This document shows, piece by piece, positions 1 to 9,184 of a DNA stretch of 37,264 bases. Made by a program: the position numbers and the translations under genes. Where the stretch lies: positions 1 through 37,264 of the forward strand of contig JBDHWW010000030.1 of the NCBI GenBank assembly GCA_039810425.1, in the 5' to 3' direction. The stretch is from Pseudobdellovibrionaceae bacterium (GTDB lineage: Bacteria; Bdellovibrionota; Bdellovibrionia; Bdellovibrionales; Bdellovibrionaceae). Each line of letters begins with the position of its first letter. Position 1 is the first letter of the stretch. The notes beneath the pieces were generated by a model. That model saw only the letters and a program-made list of their open reading frames with translations. It did not search any database and was not told the DNA's origin.

Positions 1-97
1 CAAAACCGCTCCCAGCACCTACGAAGTCGTCAAATCGCGAAAGTCATAACGCCAGGCATGTGGATATGGAGGTTTCAATAATTTAGAGGTTTTTAGC

Positions 98-766
98 ATG
101 AATGAAAAATCTCAAATTAAGATGAACAAAAGCACCTCGAAGGATCAGACCAAGGACCAAAGCAAGACTAAGAAAAGAGACAGATCAGCCTCAGAACGGT
201 CTCTTTTGAAGGCTGCTGAAGAGGTCTTTTCAAAGCACGGCTTTAAGGGTGCAACAACCCGTATGATTGCAAAGAAGGCCGGCGTGAATGAGTCCCTGAT
301 TGGTCGTTACTTTGAAGGTAAAATGGGCCTCCTTGTCGCTATCATTGAGCGCTATGTCCTGGAAGAGGACGTCCACACAAAACTGACCTACCCTCCTCAG
401 GAAAGCTTGGAGGCGGAGCTCTTGGGTTTTGCCAAGTTTAAATACGAGTTAGATTGTAAAAAGAATTTCGACTTTTTTAAAATTGTACTTTCGCAGGCAA
501 TCGTCGATGCGAAGTTTTGCAAACGCATTCGCGAAAAAATTCCGATGTTCTACCAGCCCCACCTGGAAGAGCGCCTGCTGGACTTACAAAAAAACGGCAA
601 GATACATCGCGACACCGACGTGAAAAATCTGATTAAGGGTCTTGATATCTTCATGTTCGGAAATATCATCTCGCAGCGCCTGATTGCCGGAGTCTCAGAC
701 CTTGAAGCCTATAAAACTCTCGAAGATTTCATCAAACGCTACACCCGCTCTCTCAGCGGGCTCTAA
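98..766 (+). CDS. TetR/AcrR family transcriptional regulator
   Basis: N-terminal HTH 'LLKAAEEVFSKHGFKGATTRMIAKKAGVNESLIGRYF'; GAGGT SD upstream. Confidence 0.93.
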   Translation: MNEKSQIKMNKSTSKDQTKDQSKTKKRDRSASERSLLKAAEEVFSKHGFKGATTRMIAKKAGVNESLIGRYFEGKMGLLVAIIERYVLEEDVHTKLTYPPQESLEAELLGFAKFKYELDCKKNFDFFKIVLSQAIVDAKFCKRIREKIPMFYQPHLEERLLDLQKNGKIHRDTDVKNLIKGLDIFMFGNIISQRLIAGVSDLEAYKTLEDFIKRYTRSLSGL

Positions 767-2595
767 GTGTTCGACGTCTCCCCGGAATGAGCTTCGGTTT
801 TTCCGAGCGTCGATGGGGTTTCAATATAAGTCTTCTCTATGTCTTCACGCAAAACCCGCGCGAGCTGCTCGGCTCCTTGGCGCGAAATATCGATAAAAAT
901 CTTTTCATCGTGACGGACCTTGTACTGCTCTTCGATCATCAGCAAATCATGAGTACGAAAGCGATCTATCAACGAATTCGTGCGTTCGCGGGGAAAGCCG
1001 AGCTCCAATAACAAAGTCTTCGTCAACGCGAGGCTGGATTCAAACGTCTCGCGCTGGATAACGTGGACGCCGAGATCCTTAAGGTCAAAGACATGCTGGC
1101 GGTTGCGAGCCCGCGCAAAGATTTTCAAATTCGGGAACTCTTCACGAACGACGCGCGCGATATTCAGAGCCGTCTCGGTATCGTCAACGGCGATCACGAG
1201 GAATTTGGCGTTTTTTGCGCCGGCAGATTCCAGCAGCTCCGCCCGGGAGGCGTCTCCGAAATAAACCTTCTGACTAAAGCGTCCCAGCAATTCAATTTGC
1301 GTTGAATCGTGATCAATCGCCGTGAAAGGAATGTCCTGCGTCCGCAAAATGCGGCCGAAGATCTGGCCGAAGCGGCCAAAGCCGGCGATTATCACCTGGC
1401 TGTTGTTATCTTCAATATCGTCGTACTTCGGCATCGGCGCTTTCAGGGCGCGCCACTCATCCAGTTTGTCATGGGCTAAAATAATAAATGGACTCAGAAT
1501 CATCGACAGCGTCACAATCAAAGTCAGGTAGTCCGAAACCTCGTGCGATAAAACGCGCGAGCCTTCACCGACACCGAAAATAACAAAAGCGAATTCCCCG
1601 CCCTGCACCAGATACACCGCCAAGTTGCGCGAGCCGCCCGCGTTTAGCCGCATCATGCGGCCGACAGCATAGACCAGCACGCCCTTCACCACCATATAGA
1701 GCAGCACGAGGCCCACGATTTTCGCCGGATCCTCCATGAAGAACTTCCAGTTCACAGCCATACCCACCGATATGAAAAATAGCCCCATCAGCAGACCCTT
1801 GAAAGGTTCTAGGTCCGCTTCCAGTTCGTGGCGGTATTCAGACTCTGACAAAAGCACGCCGGCGATAAACGCGCCCAACGCCATCGAAAGCCCGATTTTG
1901 AGCATGAGAAACGCCACCCCCATGACAATCAACAAGGTGACGCCGGTGAAAAGCTCGCGGCTTTTGGCTGAAGCCACAAGACGCAAGAACGGAGTCATCA
2001 CAAAACGGCTTGTCAGCAAAAGCGCTACGACGACCATCCCCGCCTCTAGCCAATTCGCTTTAGGCATGGAGTCCGTCATCACCCCGAGCGTCGGAATAAT
2101 CGCAAGCGCCGGGATCGCCGCCACGTCTTGCATCAACAGAACCGCAAATGACGAGCGGCCATATTGGGTATTTAAAACCTTGCGTTCTGCCAAAGTTTGC
2201 AGCGCAAAGGCCGTCGATGACAGTGCCAGCGAAAAGCCAATCACAAAGCTCGCAGGGTTCGTGAGATCCCACAGCTTCCCCAGAAGAAAAAATGCCAAAG
2301 TACAAATCAGAATCTGCAATCCGCCAAAACCAATCAGTGTCTTACGCAAACTCCAAAGGCGTTTTGGTTGAAGCTCAAGACCGATCACGAAAAGCAGGAA
2401 CACAACCCCGAACTCGGAGTAGTGGCGCACATTTTCGGAGTCCGAAACCCAGCCGAGAACCTGTGGCCCAATAAGACTCCCCGCAGTCAGATAGCCGAGA
2501 ACTGTTCCCAGCCCCAAACGAAGAAAAAGAGGGACGAGGATCACAGTGGCACCCAGGAAAACCAAGGCTTCTTGCAGAGGCGTATGAAGTGTCAT
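763..2595 (-). CDS. KefB/KefC-like CPA2 K+/H+ antiporter with C-terminal KTN (TrkA-N) domain
   Basis: Multi-TM N-half (FGVVFLLFVIGLEL, SSTA, LLMQD, QGGEFAFV), KTN Rossmann motif IIAGFGRFGQ, YFGDAS. ATG 2595 preferred over TTG 2604. Confidence 0.92.
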   Translation of the reverse strand: MTLHTPLQEALVFLGATVILVPLFLRLGLGTVLGYLTAGSLIGPQVLGWVSDSENVRHYSEFGVVFLLFVIGLELQPKRLWSLRKTLIGFGGLQILICTLAFFLLGKLWDLTNPASFVIGFSLALSSTAFALQTLAERKVLNTQYGRSSFAVLLMQDVAAIPALAIIPTLGVMTDSMPKANWLEAGMVVVALLLTSRFVMTPFLRLVASAKSRELFTGVTLLIVMGVAFLMLKIGLSMALGAFIAGVLLSESEYRHELEADLEPFKGLLMGLFFISVGMAVNWKFFMEDPAKIVGLVLLYMVVKGVLVYAVGRMMRLNAGGSRNLAVYLVQGGEFAFVIFGVGEGSRVLSHEVSDYLTLIVTLSMILSPFIILAHDKLDEWRALKAPMPKYDDIEDNNSQVIIAGFGRFGQIFGRILRTQDIPFTAIDHDSTQIELLGRFSQKVYFGDASRAELLESAGAKNAKFLVIAVDDTETALNIARVVREEFPNLKIFARARNRQHVFDLKDLGVHVIQRETFESSLALTKTLLLELGFPRERTNSLIDRFRTHDLLMIEEQYKVRHDEKIFIDISRQGAEQLARVLREDIEKTYIETPSTLGKTEAHSGETSNT

Positions 2596-2768
2596 AGGGC
2601 TCAAGGTTAGGGCCTTTTAAAAAATCTTTGAAGCTATTTCCGGTGTATTTTTGATAAATACAATCAATAGCCTCATTCTTCAGCAGCCTATGGACCGCAT
2701 TGGGTTTACTCTCCAAGTCAATTGCAGATTGTTGGACTTTGCTCGGCCTGGGTTATTATCATCGGCTT

Positions 2769-3137
2769 ATGAAAAATCTACTTCCCATGATCCCGGCCCT
2801 CATTCACCTCTACATCTTTGTTCTAGAAAGCTTCCTCTGGGGAAGAAAGCGCACCAACAAGATTTTCGGGGTTCGTCCCGAAGATGTCGCGGTCACAAAG
2901 CCGCTGGCATTCAACCAAGGGTTCTATAATCTCTTTCTTGTGATTGCGATTTTTCTGGGGCTTCACCTCCACAGCGCCGAAATGACTCGCGCCGCCGGGG
3001 CCACCCTCGTCATCTATGCTCTGGCATCCATTTGTGCCGCGGGCCTGGTCTTGTTAATTTCAAAACCGAAACTCTGGCGAGGAGCCCTGCTGCAAATCGT
3101 CCCAGCTTTAGTTGCAGTTATCCCCTTTTTAGCCTAG
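2769..3137 (+). CDS. DUF1304 family membrane protein
   Basis: 'ALIHLYIFVLESFLW' and 'AFNQGFYNLFL' motifs, four hydrophobic segments; ATG at 2769. Confidence 0.85.
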   Translation: MKNLLPMIPALIHLYIFVLESFLWGRKRTNKIFGVRPEDVAVTKPLAFNQGFYNLFLVIAIFLGLHLHSAEMTRAAGATLVIYALASICAAGLVLLISKPKLWRGALLQIVPALVAVIPFLA

Positions 3138-3140
3138 ATT
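3112..3140 (+). promoter_or_regulatory. sigma70-like promoter of the fnr-like gene (TTGCAG-N17-TAGATT), predicted +1 at the ATG
   Basis: TTGCAG 3112-3117, TAGATT 3135-3140, ATG 3147; no SD. Confidence 0.6.
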
Positions 3141-3146
3141 ACTAAG

Positions 3147-3848
3147 ATGAGTTCCCCTCCAAAAACTCCACTCTGCGAGCCCCAGAGGCCGAGTTGCGAG
3201 AACTGTGGCTCGAAAGCACAAAACATCATTTGTGCCAGCAACCCGAATATTCCCCTTAGCCTTGAGAAGGCTAAAATCCCCTGCCATTTCAAGCGTGATC
3301 AAATTATTTTCTATGCGGAAAACGAACCTCTCGGCTTGTTTTTCGTGCAAAGCGGGCTCGTTAAACTCGAAAAGGTTTCTGAGGACGGCTCCGCTCATAC
3401 GCTGAGAATCATGGGGCCTGGCGGAATTCTGGGCTATCGTTCGCTTTTTGCCAATGAGCCTTACCATGCGACAGCCCTCGCGGTGGATGATGTAGAACTT
3501 TGTTTCGTCCCGAAAGCGGAAATCCTTTCCGTGTTTAAAGATCATCCGGAAGTCGCGTTGCGATTGCTGAACCATGTCGCGAAAGACCTTCGCCAAGCCG
3601 AGGAGCGCTGGGTTGGCCAAATGGATAAGGGGGCTTCCGAAAGAATCGCGGAGGCCTTGATTTTCTTACAGGAACATTTCCACAGTCAAAGTTGGACCCG
3701 GCGCGAGATCGCGGAGTGGGCCGGCACGACTCCTGAAACCGTGATGCGGACTTTGGCCCAATTTGAGAAGGAATCTCTGATTGGCCAAAGCGGCCGCCAT
3801 ATAAATATACTAAACAAAACATTGCTGAAGGAGAGGACTTGCTTTTAG
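3147..3848 (+). CDS. Crp/Fnr family regulator, FNR-like probable Fe-S oxygen sensor
   Basis: N-terminal Cys cluster (CENC-x8-C), internal Cys in 'VELCFVP', cNMP-type beta-roll, HTH 'TRREIAEWAGTTPETVMR'; directly upstream of the cco operon. Confidence 0.9.
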   Translation: MSSPPKTPLCEPQRPSCENCGSKAQNIICASNPNIPLSLEKAKIPCHFKRDQIIFYAENEPLGLFFVQSGLVKLEKVSEDGSAHTLRIMGPGGILGYRSLFANEPYHATALAVDDVELCFVPKAEILSVFKDHPEVALRLLNHVAKDLRQAEERWVGQMDKGASERIAEALIFLQEHFHSQSWTRREIAEWAGTTPETVMRTLAQFEKESLIGQSGRHINILNKTLLKERTCF

Positions 3849-3861
3849 TCTTTATTTCTCC

Positions 3862-3883
3862 AAACATGACCGCCGTCATGTTT
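3862..3883. promoter_or_regulatory. Palindromic Crp/Fnr-type operator AAACATGAC-N4-GTCATGTTT
   Basis: Perfect 9-bp inverted repeat with TGA-N6-TCA core, centred 41.5 nt upstream of ccoI ATG; -10-like TAGTCT at 3902-3907. Confidence 0.7.
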
Positions 3884-3913
3884 CATTTTCCAGAATCTCT
3901 TTAGTCTGGGAAC

Positions 3914-6136
3914 ATGGAAAGTCTCGGTCTCCAAGCCTCAAAATGCCTTTATTGCAAGACTCTGCTTGCGGAACTCGGCAACTCGTTTTGTTGTTCGGCG
4001 TGTGAAGCTCTTTATAAGTTAGAGAACTCTAACGATAAAGGCATTAACGCCATCCATTTTCAACGATTGCTGGAAAAACATCAGGCATTGTCACGGGTCA
4101 TGGCCGAAAGCCTCACCTTTTATGCCGAGGGTCTGCACTGTTCTTCGTGCGTCCACCTCTTAGAACGCCTGCCCGAGTTCAGCGCCCATATTTCTGAGGC
4201 GCGGGTCCATTTCGGCGAATCGACCGTGCACGTGATTTTAAAACCCGGCGCGCCCTCAGCGGCGTGGATGGAAGTCGCGGCAATGATTGAAGAACTCGGC
4301 TATCACCCGACCGCTTTGATTGCGAGCCAAGAGGTGCGCGAAAAGCAAAGACAAGAAAACCGCCGCGCTTTACAGCGCATCGGTGTTGCCGGCGCATGCG
4401 CTGGCAACATGATGCTCTTCGTGGTGCCTGTCTATGGCGGGCTTGAAGGCCCGATGGCGGCACTTTTTAACTGGGTGAGCTTTGGCCTCTTCTTACCGAT
4501 CCTTTTCTACTCCGCCCGCCCGTTTTATCAAGGGGCTTGGAACTTCCTTAAATACCGAGTGATCAATGTCGATTTGCCAATCGTGATTGCGATGTTTTCA
4601 GGCTTCTTGCTTTCGACTTACAACTTGGTGCGGGGCGAAGGACCGGTCTATTACGACTCGACGGCAAGCTTCTTGTTTTTAATTCTTGCCAGCCGATACT
4701 TGTTAAAACGCGTTCAGCAGAAATATCTGCATCAAGACGCGATGCTTGAAGGCATTGAAGGCCGCCGCGACCTGCAGCCCGGCGCTGAGGTCCGCGTTCT
4801 TCAAGGCGAGAAAATTCCTGCGGACGGTGTTTTGCTCAGCGCCCAAGCTGAAGTGGACATGTCCCTTTTTAACGGGGAATCGCTGCCCGAGCAATTCCGC
4901 GAAGGAATGACTCTGTTCGCCGGAAGCCGCCTCTTAAGCCCTGAAGCCCGGCTGCGCATTGAAAAGACCGCTCTCGACACCCGCTGGGGGAAAATCCTGC
5001 AACAGCTTCGTTCTGATTCGGTTCAAAAAAGCCGCTTTATCACTCTGTCAGACAAACTGGCTCAAGCCCTGATTGCCGGAGTTACCGGCCTGGCCATTTT
5101 GTTTTTCATTTTCTACTCACAAGTAAATTTCAACGAGGCCCTTGAAAGAGCGCTCGCCTTGATTGTGATCGCTTGTCCTTGCGCGCTGGCGTTCGGCTCC
5201 CCTCTGGCGTACGGGCTTTCGCTTCGCAAAGCTCAGAAAAAAGGGATTCTCATCCGCCACTCCGATGTTTTTGAAAAGTTGCGGGAGACTAAGAACCTCT
5301 TTTTTGATAAAACCGGCACTCTGACGGAAGGCACTCTCAAATTGGCTTTGGTCGAAGGCGCGCTTTCGGAGGAAGATAAAAAAATCATCCTGGCCCTAGA
5401 AAACCAAAGCACGCATCCGGTGGCCTTTGCACTTCGCCGGGAATGGCCGGGCCTTGGGAGCCTCCCTCTGCAAGACCGCCAAGAAACCCTCGGCCAAGGT
5501 GTCTTTGGCCGCTTCGATGGCAAGCTCTATTCACTGACTCGCAGCCAAGAACTAAACATCCTTGATTACCTCGTTGTCGAGTATCGCGGCGAGGGTCTTT
5601 TAAAGGCTCATCTCTTTTTTGAAGACCCCTTGCGGGCTGAAAGCAAATTCGTGCTCGAAAAATTGCGGGGCTTCAAACTGCACATTCTTTCTGGCGATCG
5701 CAAACGGCGTGTCGCTAAAATCGCCACCTTGTGCCAAATTCCTGAAAGCCAATGTCATGCCGAAATGAGTCCTGAAAAAAAACTCGACGTAGTTCAACAC
5801 TCTTTCCAGAGCTGTATGATCGGCGACGGCGCAAACGATGCCTTGGCATTGAAAGCGGCGGACATCGGGATTGCCGTCAAAGGCAGTGTCGATCTCAGCC
5901 TGATGTCGGCGGATGTGTACTTTACCCGCGGCGGTTTGATGCCGTTCTATGAGCTTTTGCAAATCGCCCGTGACGCCCGCTTCACGGTCCGACGCAATCT
6001 CGCAATTTCGCTTATCTATAACACTTTAGGCGGAGCGCTCGCGCTTGGCGGATTTGTCAGCCCCATGGTGGCTGCGATCTTAATGCCGGTGAGTTCCGTT
6101 TTGATTCTTTTGTCATCACTCCGGGGGACCCGGTGA
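3914..6136 (+). CDS. ccoI: cbb3 oxidase assembly P1B-type (Cu) ATPase CcoI/FixI
   Basis: N-terminal CxxC...FCC, HMA-type CSSC, CPC in TM6, DKTGT, HP, GDGAND, YN and MPVSS; cco operon context. Confidence 0.92.
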   Translation: MESLGLQASKCLYCKTLLAELGNSFCCSACEALYKLENSNDKGINAIHFQRLLEKHQALSRVMAESLTFYAEGLHCSSCVHLLERLPEFSAHISEARVHFGESTVHVILKPGAPSAAWMEVAAMIEELGYHPTALIASQEVREKQRQENRRALQRIGVAGACAGNMMLFVVPVYGGLEGPMAALFNWVSFGLFLPILFYSARPFYQGAWNFLKYRVINVDLPIVIAMFSGFLLSTYNLVRGEGPVYYDSTASFLFLILASRYLLKRVQQKYLHQDAMLEGIEGRRDLQPGAEVRVLQGEKIPADGVLLSAQAEVDMSLFNGESLPEQFREGMTLFAGSRLLSPEARLRIEKTALDTRWGKILQQLRSDSVQKSRFITLSDKLAQALIAGVTGLAILFFIFYSQVNFNEALERALALIVIACPCALAFGSPLAYGLSLRKAQKKGILIRHSDVFEKLRETKNLFFDKTGTLTEGTLKLALVEGALSEEDKKIILALENQSTHPVAFALRREWPGLGSLPLQDRQETLGQGVFGRFDGKLYSLTRSQELNILDYLVVEYRGEGLLKAHLFFEDPLRAESKFVLEKLRGFKLHILSGDRKRRVAKIATLCQIPESQCHAEMSPEKKLDVVQHSFQSCMIGDGANDALALKAADIGIAVKGSVDLSLMSADVYFTRGGLMPFYELLQIARDARFTVRRNLAISLIYNTLGGALALGGFVSPMVAAILMPVSSVLILLSSLRGTR

Positions 6137-6309
6137 ATATCCTTGCTCTCATGATCCCGATGGCACTGATCCTTGGCTTCGGTTTTACGGCGGCCTTTTT
6201 CTGGGCGACCGCCCGAGGACAGTTTGATGACGTTGAAACCCCGGCACACAGAATTTTATTAGATGATCCACAAGAAAGGACTGACCGTGAAAAACCCCGC
6301 ACTCCATAA
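6133..6309 (+). CDS. ccoS: cbb3 oxidase assembly protein CcoS/FixS (58 aa; not in ORF track)
   Basis: Hand translation from GTG: MNILALMIPMALILGFGFTAAFFWATARGQFDDVETPAHRILLDD..., with the W-x4-GQFDD signature; GTGA overlap with ccoI. Confidence 0.9.
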   Translation: MNILALMIPMALILGFGFTAAFFWATARGQFDDVETPAHRILLDDPQERTDREKPRTP

Positions 6310-8434
6310 CAATACGATTCTGGAGAAAATCTTCTACGATGATGACATCGTTAAAAAGTTTCTCCTGGCGACTATAATCTGGGCCGGAGCCGCCTTTATC
6401 TTCGGCTTGATCGCCGCCCTGCAATTGGCCTGGTGGCCGATGAATATGAATTTGGAGTGGGTGACTTTCGGCCGCCTTCGTCCGCTTCATACCAACGCCG
6501 CGATCTTTGCTTTTGCCGGGAATGCGATTTTTGCCGGGATCTATCACTCATCACAAAGGCTGCTAAAGACCCGGATGTTCTCGGACGCCCTCAGTCGCTT
6601 GCACTTTTGGGGCTGGCAGCTGATTATTTTATCCGCTGCGATCACTTTGCCACTGGGCTATTCCCAGTCCAAAGAATACGCGGAGCTTGAATGGCCGATT
6701 GATATCGCGATCACGGTGATCTGGGTGGTCTTTGCCGTGAACTTTTTTGGAACTATCAGCAAACGCCGCGAAAGACATCTCTATGTTGCGATCTGGTTCT
6801 ATATCGCAACAATCATCACCGTCGCGGTTTTGCATATCGTAAACTCGATTGAAATCCCCGTGAGCTTCTTGCAAAGCTATCCGGTCTATGCCGGCATTCA
6901 AGATGCACTGGTACAGTGGTGGTATGGTCACAATGCGGTGGCGTTCTTCCTGACCACTCCGTTCTTGGGCCTGATGTATTACTACGTGCCCAAGGCGGCA
7001 AATCGTCCGGTGTACTCTTATCAGCTTTCGATCATTCACTTCTGGAGCTTGGTCTTTCTTTACATCTGGGCCGGTCCTCACCACTTGCTTTACACTTCTC
7101 TCCCGGAGTGGGCCCAAACCTTGGGCATGGTTTTCAGTCTGATGCTGTGGGCCCCAAGCTGGGGCGGTATGATCAACGGCTTGCTGACTCTGCGTGGAGC
7201 TTGGCACTTGCTCAGAACCGATCCGATCATTAAGTTCTTTGTCACCGCTTTAACTTTCTATGGGATGGCGACCTTTGAAGGTCCATTGCTTTCGATTAAA
7301 TCTGTCAGTGCTCTGGGGCACTACACGGACTGGATTATCGGGCACGTTCACGCCGGCGCCCTCGGCTGGAACGGGATGCTGACTTTCGGCATGATTTACT
7401 TCTTGGTACCACGCCTTTGGAAAACAAAACTCTACTCGGAAAAGCTGGCGACCAATCACTTTTGGATCGCGACTCTCGGAGTCTTGCTGTATTACATTTC
7501 CATGGTCACCGCAGGGATTACGGAAGGTCTCATGTGGCGCGCGCTGACTCCGGAAGGCAAGCTCGTTTATCCGGACTTCATTGAAACCGTTGTGCGTATC
7601 GTACCCCTTTTCTGGGTGCGCGCTCTCGGCGGAACGTTTTTCATCGCCGGCTTCTTCATGATGGTCTACAATGTCTGCAAAACCATCCAGGCCGCGCCGG
7701 CAGAGCAGTCTGACAGTGAAGCCCAAGTGCCCATGCGCAACGCCGTTTTTGCAGAACCAGATCCAAAAGTGGGTCACAGTAAACTTGAAGGCATGGCCAC
7801 GGTTTTCTCAGTCCTTGCATTTATTGCGATTGCTGTAGGCAGTATCATTGAGATCTATCCGACTCTGTCATTACACAAGTACATCACTCCCGCCAATATG
7901 GTCGAGCCTTACACCCCGCTCGAGCTTGCTGGCCGGGATCTCTATGTCAGCGAAGGCTGCTATGTCTGTCACTCCCAGCAGATTCGCCCGATTGCTGCTG
8001 AGGTATTGCGTTACGGAAAAGCGTCAACCATAGAAGAGTCCATGTACGATCGTCCCTTCCAATGGGGCTCAAAACGTATCGGACCGGACCTCGCCCGGGT
8101 TGGCAAGCGGTATCCAAACCTCTGGCACTTCCAGCACATGATCGATCCACGCGCGGTGACTCCGAAATCCATCATGCCGTCCTATGGCTGGATGGTGGAA
8201 AAGGAGACGGATTTCATCATGCTTCGTAAAAAACTTTCGGTGATGAAAACTTTGGGTGTGCCTTATGATGAAGACACCGTGGCGAACGCCGATATTAAAG
8301 CTCAGAAAGAGGCCATGGTGATCGCCGAAGATCTCAAAGCCAACGGCGTGAACATTCCGAAGTTGGAGCAAAAGCAAATCATTGCTCTCATCGCATACTT
8401 GCAAGCATTGGGACAAAAAGGAAAACAGCCATGA
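6287..8434 (+). CDS. ccoN: cbb3-type cytochrome c oxidase fused subunit I/II (CcoN-CcoO)
   Basis: GRLRPLHT, QWWYGHN, WAGPHH, GHVH ligand motifs, then CYVCHSQ heme-c motif and WGSKRIGPDL in one frame; GTG 6287 after AAAGGA SD. Confidence 0.96.
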   Translation: MKNPALHNNTILEKIFYDDDIVKKFLLATIIWAGAAFIFGLIAALQLAWWPMNMNLEWVTFGRLRPLHTNAAIFAFAGNAIFAGIYHSSQRLLKTRMFSDALSRLHFWGWQLIILSAAITLPLGYSQSKEYAELEWPIDIAITVIWVVFAVNFFGTISKRRERHLYVAIWFYIATIITVAVLHIVNSIEIPVSFLQSYPVYAGIQDALVQWWYGHNAVAFFLTTPFLGLMYYYVPKAANRPVYSYQLSIIHFWSLVFLYIWAGPHHLLYTSLPEWAQTLGMVFSLMLWAPSWGGMINGLLTLRGAWHLLRTDPIIKFFVTALTFYGMATFEGPLLSIKSVSALGHYTDWIIGHVHAGALGWNGMLTFGMIYFLVPRLWKTKLYSEKLATNHFWIATLGVLLYYISMVTAGITEGLMWRALTPEGKLVYPDFIETVVRIVPLFWVRALGGTFFIAGFFMMVYNVCKTIQAAPAEQSDSEAQVPMRNAVFAEPDPKVGHSKLEGMATVFSVLAFIAIAVGSIIEIYPTLSLHKYITPANMVEPYTPLELAGRDLYVSEGCYVCHSQQIRPIAAEVLRYGKASTIEESMYDRPFQWGSKRIGPDLARVGKRYPNLWHFQHMIDPRAVTPKSIMPSYGWMVEKETDFIMLRKKLSVMKTLGVPYDEDTVANADIKAQKEAMVIAEDLKANGVNIPKLEQKQIIALIAYLQALGQKGKQP

Positions 8435-8598
8435 AACAAGATGGACTGGCTTTTTTCACTGACACCCAATTAACAGGCCTCGGTTTGGTTATCTTTTTTA
8501 GTTTCTTCATCGGCGTCCTGATTTGGACGTCGCTAAAAGAAAATAAGGCGAACTATCGAAAAATGGAACAAATCCCCCTGACCGACGGAGACAACTAA
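8431..8598 (+). CDS. ccoQ: cbb3 oxidase subunit CcoQ/FixQ (55 aa; not in ORF track)
   Basis: Hand translation MKQDGLAFFTDTQLTGLGLVIFFSFFIGVLIWTSLKENKANYRKMEQIPLTDGDN; one TM; ATGA and TAATG couplings to neighbours. Confidence 0.85.
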   Translation: MKQDGLAFFTDTQLTGLGLVIFFSFFIGVLIWTSLKENKANYRKMEQIPLTDGDN

Positions 8599-9173
8599 TG
8601 AGCGACGATATCAAAAACCAAATCAATGATCCCCTGACAGATCATGAATATGACGGGATTCAAGAGTACGACAACCCCTTGCCGACCTGGTGGCTTTGGA
8701 CGTTCTTTCTGACAATCATCTTCGCCTTTCTTTACGTCCTTCACTATGAAGTGGGCGGCGGACCGACTTTAAAAGATGAACTCGCGGCCTCTATGAAAAA
8801 TCTGGAATCAGCGGCCGCTCAGCACGCGCCGGCTGTGACAGAAACCGAAGAGATGCTTGCTGAGGAAATGAAAAATCCGAAGCTCGTTGAACTTGGGGCG
8901 GTGGCCTTCAACAGCAAATGTGCCGCTTGTCACGGCCCCCAACTGGGTGGCTTGATCGGCCCGAACTTGACTGATAACTTTTGGCTCCATGGCAAAGGAA
9001 CCCGCATGGCTCTCGTTGACGTCATCCGTAAGGGCGTCCCTGAAAAAGGAATGCCGCCCTGGGAAAGCATGTTGTCAAGAGATGAGGTTTACGGCTTAGC
9101 GGCGTATATTTTATCTAAAAAAGGTAGCAACCCGCCAAATGCGAAGGCTCCCCAAGGGGACGAGATCAAATAA
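8598..9173 (+). CDS. ccoP: cbb3 oxidase subunit III CcoP, short monoheme form
   Basis: 'HEYDGIQEYDNPLPTWW' N-terminal signature, single CAACH, GPNLTD, GMPPW. Confidence 0.92.
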   Translation: MSDDIKNQINDPLTDHEYDGIQEYDNPLPTWWLWTFFLTIIFAFLYVLHYEVGGGPTLKDELAASMKNLESAAAQHAPAVTETEEMLAEEMKNPKLVELGAVAFNSKCAACHGPQLGGLIGPNLTDNFWLHGKGTRMALVDVIRKGVPEKGMPPWESMLSRDEVYGLAAYILSKKGSNPPNAKAPQGDEIK

Positions 9174-9184
9174 ATGAGGAAAGT

